Shown in pieces: positions 56,400 to 64,000 of a stretch of 64,000 nt of DNA. The notes under the pieces were generated by a model, which saw nothing but the letters and a program-made list of their open reading frames with translations, had not been told where the DNA came from and made no database searches. The DNA is taken from the NCBI GenBank assembly GCA_030670085.1, contig DAOVCJ010000002.1, positions 4,975-68,974 on the forward strand, read 5' to 3'. Numbering within the stretch: position 1 is the first letter of the stretch; every line of letters begins with the position of its first letter. The position numbers and the translations under genes are program-made. The DNA comes from Candidatus Aenigmatarchaeota archaeon (GTDB taxonomy: Archaea > Aenigmatarchaeota > Aenigmatarchaeia > QMZP01).

Positions 56400-58697
56400 A
56401 TGAATATAAGACAAATCTTGGCAGGAGGTTTAGCTGCCATAGCAGCAGGAGCAACAATAGCATTCGGAGCTTTCGGCGCTGGTCTTGGTGACTACGTAGT
56501 TACAGATACAGCACAGCTTTTGTCACCAATGATCGTGATCGGTGGAAGTGCAACAGCACCACCAAACGCAGCAGATGTGTTGGGTGGTATTGACGTCGGA
56601 GTCGCTGTCGCAGGATACGCAACCAAGCTGGTTACGGTCGCAGGCGCTGCTGGTGTACCTTCAGTGACTGATGGTGGATTAATCACCAGTGATCTGAACA
56701 AGACTTACATTGGAAAGACATGGGATCTGGTAAAGTCAACAGTAACAGACACTGAGTTGCCGGTGTTGCTGGCAACAGGTACATTCATTGACGTAAACAC
56801 ATCAGAGATTTCCTACCAGTCGCAGATTGAGCCTGGTTCAGGACTTACCGTATCTTATGGTACAACTGTAGATTTCCAGGAACCATTCCTTTACACCACA
56901 TTCGGTTCTGGAGGAAAATACAACACAACAGTCCTGTTCCTTGGTGGACTCGATCCAAGTGCGGTGGGCTCTGACTACAGCATAGAGCTTTACGGCAGTG
57001 ATTTCACTTTCGGACCAACATCAACCCAGGGACTTCAAAAGCTGACCCTGTATTCATCTGTGGGAGCACAGACTGTATCCCTCACTGTGGGCGGTTCGGT
57101 AGATGTAACAGTTGAAGGAAGCGCATACACAATAGAGATGTTTGCTTACCAAACATCGCCCGCTGGGGTTGCGCTGAAAATAAATGGAGCCTCAACAACA
57201 CCAACAGTATGGATAGAGGGCGGAACCTACTCACTACCCGGTTCAACAACAAAGATTCTGGTAAACGATGTGTCAGTGCTTCAGCAGGGTGGTGCACAGG
57301 GTGGAATGGTAACAGGATCGTGCCAGTTGTTCATCGGGACTAGCAAGATTGTATTCGAAGACGGAATGCAGATATACAAGAACGATGTCGTCTTGACAAA
57401 CACAAAGGTATCAATAGAAAACACATCCTCAAAGATAATAAAGCTTGAGGTTGAGATAGGACCTGACATGGATAACAATCTCAAGGACGGTGAGTCGTTC
57501 ACAGACCCGGTATGGGGAACATTCAAATGGAACTTAGGTGGCATGACACCCGGAATAACAAGCGACGTCAGGGAACAGATAAAGATTGACAGGGACGGTA
57601 GCAACAGGGTGAAGTTGACGTTCACCAACAGGGACGGCAACGAGAACGGCGTGGATGTATATTACGGTTCTGGTGCCGCATTCACACAGACAGTTGACGG
57701 GACCCATGCATTCCACACAAAACAACTCAACAGTTCAGAGTCAGGTTGGCAAAACATAGCAATAGGTGACTACTTCGTTGTCAACACGGACAAGAGAACA
57801 AGGATATTCAAGTACGACACATACTACCCAGCTTTAGGAAAGGAGTACGTGCAGTTCAGTGACATAGGAAGCGGAGTCATTTACAAGGTCTATTACAAGA
57901 CTGACTCATTCCTTAGGATTGGAACGCAGACACACAACGTGTCCTACGACTCCAGCACACACAGCGTAGCAGTCGATCTTTCCGGTGGTGACCCAACCTG
58001 GACTGCAAACGCAACAGTGAGTATGTACACAAGAGAAGAAGCAAGGATAGACCTAGAAAACCCATTCATAAACGTAACAGAATCACCGCTGTACACAATA
58101 GGTAACGACCCATTAGGAGAGGTAATATCCTTCCTAGCAAGTTACTCTGCATCAAACGGTGCTTTGTTCACAACAAATACAACAACCCATGACGTTGGAA
58201 CAACTTTCGAGGACAAGGCATTAACAAGCTACGGTACATTCATTGACTTGCTTGGTGACTCTGTAGGTATAAAGAACGTTGTGGTCTACTACCCAGGAAA
58301 GAGACCTGCATACGCTAATGTCGCTGTCGGAGCAAACCCATCAATAACAGTTGGTGAGGCAGCAGGCGGAACCGTTGAACAGGCAGTGAAGATTACCCAG
58401 CCGGTTGCAAAGTTCGCATCTGAAATATCAAGCCCATCAGGTATAACATCAGACTTGATCCTGATTGGTGGACCATGCGCGAACTCCTTGGTGGCAACAT
58501 TGATGAACACCACACTTGCAACCTGTTTCGCTGACTGGCAGGCATACGACGGTGGAATCACAGAAGGTATCATAAAGGAATTCACCGACGCATTCGGTTC
58601 TGGTCAGAAGGCACTGGTAGTCGCAGGTACGAACGCTGCAGACACAAGAACTATGGCTGCTAAGGTAATGCAAGGAACACTTAATTACCAGAACTAA
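56400..58697 (+). CDS. Large secreted surface protein (S-layer-like; T/S/G/V-rich) with an N-terminal signal/TM
   Basis: ATG 56400 follows GGAGG. Hydrophobic N-terminus ILAGGLAAIAAGATIAFGAFGAG. 766 aa. Preceded by an AT-rich leader of about 280 nt and followed by a hairpin plus T-run. Confidence 0.5.
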   Translation: MNIRQILAGGLAAIAAGATIAFGAFGAGLGDYVVTDTAQLLSPMIVIGGSATAPPNAADVLGGIDVGVAVAGYATKLVTVAGAAGVPSVTDGGLITSDLNKTYIGKTWDLVKSTVTDTELPVLLATGTFIDVNTSEISYQSQIEPGSGLTVSYGTTVDFQEPFLYTTFGSGGKYNTTVLFLGGLDPSAVGSDYSIELYGSDFTFGPTSTQGLQKLTLYSSVGAQTVSLTVGGSVDVTVEGSAYTIEMFAYQTSPAGVALKINGASTTPTVWIEGGTYSLPGSTTKILVNDVSVLQQGGAQGGMVTGSCQLFIGTSKIVFEDGMQIYKNDVVLTNTKVSIENTSSKIIKLEVEIGPDMDNNLKDGESFTDPVWGTFKWNLGGMTPGITSDVREQIKIDRDGSNRVKLTFTNRDGNENGVDVYYGSGAAFTQTVDGTHAFHTKQLNSSESGWQNIAIGDYFVVNTDKRTRIFKYDTYYPALGKEYVQFSDIGSGVIYKVYYKTDSFLRIGTQTHNVSYDSSTHSVAVDLSGGDPTWTANATVSMYTREEARIDLENPFINVTESPLYTIGNDPLGEVISFLASYSASNGALFTTNTTTHDVGTTFEDKALTSYGTFIDLLGDSVGIKNVVVYYPGKRPAYANVAVGANPSITVGEAAGGTVEQAVKITQPVAKFASEISSPSGITSDLILIGGPCANSLVATLMNTTLATCFADWQAYDGGITEGIIKEFTDAFGSGQKALVVAGTNAADTRTMAAKVMQGTLNYQN

Positions 58698-58711
58698 AGC
58701 CTCTATACGAT

Positions 58712-58748
58712 AGGGATTTATTAAAATCCCTCCCTTTTTTCTTTTTTT
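58712..58748 (+). terminator. Hairpin plus oligo-T terminator after the surface-protein gene
   Basis: AGGGATTT-atta-AAATCCCT followed by CCCTTTTTTCTTTTTTT. Confidence 0.55.
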
Positions 58749-58801
58749 AAGCTTTTTACAGGTAAGTATATCGCCAGCTAACTATAAATTTAAAGTGACC
58801 T

Positions 58802-59863
58802 TTAGAAGGGTCTCTGTTCCCTTCTGAGCCTCATGAGACTCGGTGTATTCCCTGCAAAACTGAGGATGTGGGAATAGAAGTTGTTTATTTCATTCTCAGA
58901 GAGCTTTGCCACGTTGTCGGCCTCTATCAGGGGAGCGGGCAGACCGTAACCTGAGTGGTGACCGGATATTGCGAGCAGGACAGATGCAATTCGATTTTCA
59001 TCTTTCCCTCGAAGGAAATCTACCTTTATGGGTCTGTCAAACTTTGCGGTCTTCAGATAGAATGAGAAGATATTCTTCCCCAAATCCCCGAAGTCCCTCA
59101 GAACAGGATGCTCCTCTGGCTTCTTTGAATAGGGGAACGTTTTGCTCTTCTCTCCCTTTTCCAGAACCCAGAAAAGAAGGTTGGTATCCCTTGTCTTTTC
59201 CAGAATACCCTCCAGTTCCGGGACGAGGTTATGCTTAACCTTCGCAAGGATATCTTCCCTTATCATTCTGCAGAAAGAATTCCCCCTCGAGTCCTCTATT
59301 ACGCCTAAAAGGCAGACATCGTTATCCTTCGCCCCCATATAGAGTTTTTTGCAATCTGAGATGAGTTCCTTGTAGTTCTCATAAACCGCAGAAGACCTGG
59401 ATGGTTTGTCTGAGTAATGGGGAACAATGGAACCGTCCATGAGCAGAAAATCCGGCTTGAATTTATCTATGCAATCCAGAGCGGTCTTGACTTCTAGCCT
59501 CTGCCTAGATATCGATGTGAAGTATGCCCAATCCATGTCAGACAAAGCCTCGATAATCTCAGGCTTTGGGAGAGGAATCCTTGAGGGAAGATAATCAACC
59601 TTCTCAATCTTCCCCTGTTTGTAATGGAAGCATGCCCCGGCTGCCCTTACCAGCATGCAGTCAAAACCATGCAGTGATTTCTTTGCAATCCCACCATCAA
59701 CTCCAACAACCTTTAAATCCTTCAATGGGTCAGGTTCCAGTCCATGGATAAGTCCAAAATCAGGGCCCATGTTCTTTAAGAAACCAGCAAGCCTCTTTCT
59801 CTTCTCCTCAGTTGAATTGATTTTCTGCGCGATTTCCTTTATCTTGGGTATCAGTCTCTCCAT
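58802..59863 (-). CDS. NurA-like nuclease domain protein
   Basis: Candidate NurA catalytic motifs VVGVDGG (about residue 56) and LLMDGSIVPH. Length 353 aa. Assignment is moderate. Confidence 0.45.
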   Translation of the reverse strand: MERLIPKIKEIAQKINSTEEKRKRLAGFLKNMGPDFGLIHGLEPDPLKDLKVVGVDGGIAKKSLHGFDCMLVRAAGACFHYKQGKIEKVDYLPSRIPLPKPEIIEALSDMDWAYFTSISRQRLEVKTALDCIDKFKPDFLLMDGSIVPHYSDKPSRSSAVYENYKELISDCKKLYMGAKDNDVCLLGVIEDSRGNSFCRMIREDILAKVKHNLVPELEGILEKTRDTNLLFWVLEKGEKSKTFPYSKKPEEHPVLRDFGDLGKNIFSFYLKTAKFDRPIKVDFLRGKDENRIASVLLAISGHHSGYGLPAPLIEADNVAKLSENEINNFYSHILSFAGNTPSLMRLRREQRPF

Positions 59864-59904
59864 GACAAAAGTATTGGGAAGAATATTAATAAATTAATCA
59901 GGGA

Positions 59905-62742
59905 TTACTTCTTCCTGAAACCTATCTTAACCTTTTCCTTCTCAAAAGTAAACTTACCCCTTTCGCTTTCCATCCTTCCCAGAGTAAGAGCTACAGACCC
60001 GGTTCCCAACATAATATCCTTTTCCCTCTTCCTCAGAGTATCCTCAACAGCTTTTCCAGATTTAACAAACAACTTTATCTTATCCCTTACGTGAAGTTTT
60101 TCTTTCTTCCTCAGGACCTGGACATGCCTGCTGAATTCCCTTATCAGTTTCTCATCAGAGAGGACCTTACCTAATGCGAGTTTACCACCATCAAACGCTT
60201 TTGTTCTTCCTGATATCCTCTTTACCCAGACAACCCCCTCAACATTGCAGATACCCTTTATCACACCCTCCAGGCTTCGAATCGGCTTCTCAATCCTTAT
60301 GAACATCTTGTCTATGGGCCACCTTAATTTTATCTTCTTCCCCTGCCTAAGGGAACCCGCAGCCTCAGATATCTTCTTTACGGTTTCCATGTTCCTTTCG
60401 AGCGATTTGTTTATTAACTTATTGTCCGGTTTGGGCCAGTCGCAGGCGTGAACGGATTTTCCAGAAAACAGATCCCTGTAAATATGATCCGTTATGAACG
60501 GTGATATTGGAGCTAAAGCCCTCAGAAGATTCTCCATAACCTCAAGAAGCGTGTATTGAGCGGATTTTCTATCACTCCCCTCGTAACTGGGAGAAACCCT
60601 GTCCCTGACTATCTTTATGTACCATCTGGAGAAATCATTAAGAATAAAATCCTCAATCCCCTTGGCAAACCTGTGTACTCTATATTCCCCCATCTCATTT
60701 CCTTTCTCCAAAAGCGTGTTCAGCCTGCTCAGTATCCATCTGTCCTCTATCTTCAGTTCTGGCTTATTCATTTGCTTTTTGGGGACATACGTATCAATGA
60801 ACTGATAAACATTCCAGAATATGTTGAAGATTCTGCTCGTATCCTTCGTGCCTTCCCAGTTGAAGTAGAAATCGTTCCATATGGCAGAGCTTACCAGGTA
60901 GAACCTGAGAACATCCCTTCCGTATTTATCCATAACCTCCTCTGGTGTGACCACGTTCCCCTTTGATTTCGACATCTTCAGTCCCTTGGCATCCAGCACA
61001 AAGCCGTGTAGAAGGATGTTCCTGAACGGCGACCTGTTAAAGGTCAGAACAGATGTAATCATCTGGGAGTTCCACCATCCCCTGAACTGGTCTGGCCCCT
61101 CGGTCTGGAAATCAGACGGCCACATCTTCTTGAAAAGGTTCTTCTTTCTCGGATAGCCCAGGGATGCCCACGTGCACACGCCGGAATCGAACCAAACGTC
61201 CAATACGTCTTTTACCCTTGTCATTTCCTTTCCGCACTTGCATTTTATTTTAACGTTGTCTATCTCTGGTCTGTGGAAATCTATCTCCTTCTTTAAGCCA
61301 GATTTTTTCTTCAACTCAGCAAAGGAGCCTATAACCTCTATCTCCCCACACTCACATTCCCATATGGGTAGAGGAATACCCCAGTACCTCTGCCTTGAAA
61401 CAGGCCAGTCAGAGAGATTTTCAAGCCAGTCCTTGAACCTTTCTCCTGCCCACTTGGGTATCCACTTTACCTTTTTGTTCTCCTGTAGGAGTTTTTTCCT
61501 TATCGCGGTTACCCTGAAGAACCACTGTGGAACATTTATCATTAGCAGCGGGGTATCACATCTCCAGCATATTGGATAATCATGGGTGTAAGGATGCTTG
61601 TACGCAAGCAGGCCAAGCTCCTCAAGATCCCTTACTATCTCCTGGTCCACCTCCCTTGCCCTCTTGCCTGCGTATTTGCCAGCCTCCTTTGTCATCAGAC
61701 CGCTTATCTCAACAGGACATACAACAGGAAGGCCATGCTTTGTTCCCTCATCAAAGTCCTCCTTACCATGACCAGGGGCGGTATGGACGAGACCAGTTCC
61801 CTCTTCAAGGTTCACATACCTCTCAGAAAGTATGATCCTGTACGCCTTCTTAAGACCCGGAAACTTGATATATTTCTCCAAGGGAGCAGTATACTGGAGG
61901 TCTTTCAGCTCCTTGCCTGGAAATTCCCTTAGAACCCTGTATCCAGCCTCTATGGACTCCATGAGTTCTTGGAATCTCTCCTTTGCAATTATCCATATCT
62001 CCCCGTTACCGAGCTGCACCTCCACGTACTTGAACTTGGGATGTACCATCACACCTGTATTTCCCGGAAGAGTCCATGGTGTCGTTGTCCATATTACAAG
62101 GAACTTGTTTTTCTCTCCCTTGACAGGGAATTTTACGTATATTGATGTATCCGTAAGCTTGGTGTAATCAACCTCGTTATACGCAACAACGGTTTCACAT
62201 CTCGGACAAACATGAACAGGATAACCACCCTTGTACAGGAAACCCCTTCCATGCGCTTTCTTGAATGTAAACCATACACCTTCGATGTAATCGTTTTTCA
62301 GGGTTAGGTAGGGGTTTTTCCAGTCCATCCACACCCCAAGATCAGCGAACTGATTAGACATCACGTCTATGTACTTGGTGGCGAACTGTCTGCACTTCTG
62401 AATGAATCTGGAAATTCCGTAGTTCTCAATATCCTTCTTGTTCTTGAATTTCAATTCTTTCTCAACCTGCAGCTCTATCGGGGTCCCATGCGTATCGTAA
62501 CCCGGCTGGTCCCATACATTGAATCCCCACATCCTCCAGAACCTGATGTAAACATCCTTTATTATCTTGTTCCATGCGGTTCCCATGTGGATAGAACCCG
62601 TCGCATACGGCGGACCATCAATGAAATAAAAAGGCTTCCTCCCCTTTCTAAGCTTCCTTACCTTCTCATAAATATTCTTATTTTTCCAGAATCTTATGAC
62701 CTCTTCTTCTATCCTTTTCGGATCGTACGGTTCCATGCTCAC
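59905..62742 (-). CDS. ileS: Isoleucine--tRNA ligase (class I aaRS)
   Basis: HIGH-type motif PYATGSIHMGTAWNK, then GYDTHGTPIE, and the KMSKS motif LKMSKSKGNVV. Length 945 aa. Confidence 0.75.
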   Translation of the reverse strand: MSMEPYDPKRIEEEVIRFWKNKNIYEKVRKLRKGRKPFYFIDGPPYATGSIHMGTAWNKIIKDVYIRFWRMWGFNVWDQPGYDTHGTPIELQVEKELKFKNKKDIENYGISRFIQKCRQFATKYIDVMSNQFADLGVWMDWKNPYLTLKNDYIEGVWFTFKKAHGRGFLYKGGYPVHVCPRCETVVAYNEVDYTKLTDTSIYVKFPVKGEKNKFLVIWTTTPWTLPGNTGVMVHPKFKYVEVQLGNGEIWIIAKERFQELMESIEAGYRVLREFPGKELKDLQYTAPLEKYIKFPGLKKAYRIILSERYVNLEEGTGLVHTAPGHGKEDFDEGTKHGLPVVCPVEISGLMTKEAGKYAGKRAREVDQEIVRDLEELGLLAYKHPYTHDYPICWRCDTPLLMINVPQWFFRVTAIRKKLLQENKKVKWIPKWAGERFKDWLENLSDWPVSRQRYWGIPLPIWECECGEIEVIGSFAELKKKSGLKKEIDFHRPEIDNVKIKCKCGKEMTRVKDVLDVWFDSGVCTWASLGYPRKKNLFKKMWPSDFQTEGPDQFRGWWNSQMITSVLTFNRSPFRNILLHGFVLDAKGLKMSKSKGNVVTPEEVMDKYGRDVLRFYLVSSAIWNDFYFNWEGTKDTSRIFNIFWNVYQFIDTYVPKKQMNKPELKIEDRWILSRLNTLLEKGNEMGEYRVHRFAKGIEDFILNDFSRWYIKIVRDRVSPSYEGSDRKSAQYTLLEVMENLLRALAPISPFITDHIYRDLFSGKSVHACDWPKPDNKLINKSLERNMETVKKISEAAGSLRQGKKIKLRWPIDKMFIRIEKPIRSLEGVIKGICNVEGVVWVKRISGRTKAFDGGKLALGKVLSDEKLIREFSRHVQVLRKKEKLHVRDKIKLFVKSGKAVEDTLRKREKDIMLGTGSVALTLGRMESERGKFTFEKEKVKIGFRKK

Positions 62743-62896
62743 CCCTATTCTATTATTTGGCCTCCATTATATATCAAATTTCTAACAGAAAACAGAACAA
62801 AGCAAGGGCTACGGAAATCATTTTCAGGCCCAGATCCGGTGTCCACCCTTCATCTAAATCACTTAGGTTATTATTAGAACAATCCTATTTAAATTT

Positions 62897-64000
62897 TTAT
62901 CCCAACTGATCTTCTGGAATGAATTCCTTTTTTACAGGATATTTTCCATTAAAGCATGCCTTACAGGTGTCAGTAAGACCTATCGCCTTGTCAAGGTCTT
63001 CCTCTGTCGGGTATAAGACAAAATCCAGACCCAGATCCTTGGCCACTTTCTTGCCTATCTCCTCAGCAGATCCCCTTAAGCCCAGGGCAGCAAATGTTTT
63101 GCCTCCAGGATCTTTGACGCATGCATGACTAAGCGGGGGACAGGATATTATTGCACCAAAGGTTTTCGCCCCTAATCTCTTTGCCTTGGGTGCCATGCCA
63201 TACTTGAAAACACTTCCCCTCACGATGCTGTCATCACCTGCACCGGATTTTTTACCCTTCAAAACATGCTCATTGAAATAAAATTTGGTCCGTGATGCTA
63301 TTTCTCTAAGTATGGGTTCCTCTATCTGGAAGGTTCTTGGGGCAGTTGGGTTTTTTTCAACAGCTTCTTCAAAAGGAACAAACGCATCCTGCAGATCGGA
63401 TTCCAGGTATTTTATAATTTCCTTCTTGTTTTTCATTCCCCTTGAGTTTTCTATAATATCTTGAAGTCTCCTACGGGTCAGGGCCTGCTGAAACCCAGTT
63501 GCAACACCCCTTCCTGAATCAGGGGAACATATTACCTGATCTGTGTCAACATCAGGGTATCTTTTTGCTAAGAACTCTCCAAGTTTTTTCCTGACCAGAT
63601 AGACGTTCTTCCCCTCTATATCAGACACAGGACTTGCAAAGTAGACCCATTCAAATGCGCAGTGGGCATGGTCTTGTCTCACCAAGACCCTATCCTTCAT
63701 TCCCTTCTTGGAAATCACTATCATCTCTCCTGGCTCCACATCCCTTACAAAATCAGCATCTATGTTCTGGAATATCTTACTCTCGGATGCTATAATATAT
63801 TTATTTTCCCTGCTTCCTATGCATAGCGGCTTAATACCTTTCGGGTCCCTGAAAGCAATGAGGTAATACTCACCATCTCTGTAATCCCTTATATTTACAA
63901 CAACGTTGTAGGGTCCTCTACCATCAAATTCTTCCATTATAAGCTCCCCTGCCTTAAAGAAGTCATCTGCTTCTGATAACGATTTAGAAACTATGGCCCT
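62897..64000 (-). CDS. purF: Amidophosphoribosyltransferase PurF, C-terminal part; the N-terminal part of the gene lies beyond the window end
   Basis: PurF motifs RDPKGIKPLCIG...IIASES, AHCAFEWVYFASPVS and DQVICSPDSG. The reading frame stays open past 63937 to the window edge. Confidence 0.75.
   Translation of the reverse strand, partial: RAIVSKSLSEADDFFKAGELIMEEFDGRGPYNVVVNIRDYRDGEYYLIAFRDPKGIKPLCIGSRENKYIIASESKIFQNIDADFVRDVEPGEMIVISKKGMKDRVLVRQDHAHCAFEWVYFASPVSDIEGKNVYLVRKKLGEFLAKRYPDVDTDQVICSPDSGRGVATGFQQALTRRRLQDIIENSRGMKNKKEIIKYLESDLQDAFVPFEEAVEKNPTAPRTFQIEEPILREIASRTKFYFNEHVLKGKKSGAGDDSIVRGSVFKYGMAPKAKRLGAKTFGAIISCPPLSHACVKDPGGKTFAALGLRGSAEEIGKKVAKDLGLDFVLYPTEEDLDKAIGLTDTCKACFNGKYPVKKEFIPEDQLG

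Overview
This is a 64-kb archaeal chromosomal segment of roughly 45% GC, gene-dense on both strands and dominated by information-processing genes. All identifications below come from reading motifs in the supplied ORF translations and the DNA; no BLAST, HMM or folding search was run. Three kinds of feature are visible in the sequence itself: Shine-Dalgarno-like GGAGG/GGTGA motifs, occasional GTG/TTG starts, and many K/E-rich low-complexity protein tails. Annotated genes, in order: a partial DRG-family GTPase (minus strand, cut by the window start), KsgA, topoisomerase VI B and A, a type IA topoisomerase, a minus-strand S13-S4-S11-L3 block, and two tandem paralogous membrane-protein genes in a low-GC insert. 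A long plus-strand ribosomal cluster follows (L4-L23-L2-S19-L22-S3-L29-SUI1-Rpp29-S17-L14-L24-S4e-L5-S14-S8-L30e-NusA-RpoD-S12-S7). After it come Rad50, an RPA-like OB-fold protein, S6e, an S2P protease, a tailed histone-fold protein, a PHP phosphoesterase, UppS, EF-1alpha, a DHH phosphoesterase, an NFACT/RqcH-like protein, TatD, a DUF151 nuclease and a Lon-like protease. The rest of the window carries a ferredoxin translationally coupled to geranylgeranyl reductase, a low-GC wHTH-V4R-methyltransferase island, SMC, an MtrA-like protein next to ThyA and dCTP deaminase, L10e, a GlmU-like enzyme and GlmS, a wHTH/EF-hand protein upstream of a large surface (S-layer-like) protein, a NurA-like protein, IleRS and a partial PurF. 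Two RNA genes lie outside the ORF track: an SRP (7S) RNA at about 40149-40433 and a putative multi-intron class-II tRNA at about 30585-30788. The most unusual feature is a dense family of about 30-nt hairpin elements with at least 13 copies. Each has an 8-bp stem that keeps pairing through compensatory changes and a fixed 14-nt loop centred on RATTGG. They sit in operon leaders directly against SD/start codons, often as tandem pairs; one copy lies inside the putative tRNA and two lie in-frame in a coding N-terminus. Canonical archaeal r-protein operon order is rearranged: S11 abuts L3, RpoD sits after NusA, the L6-to-SecY block is absent, and tuf is detached.
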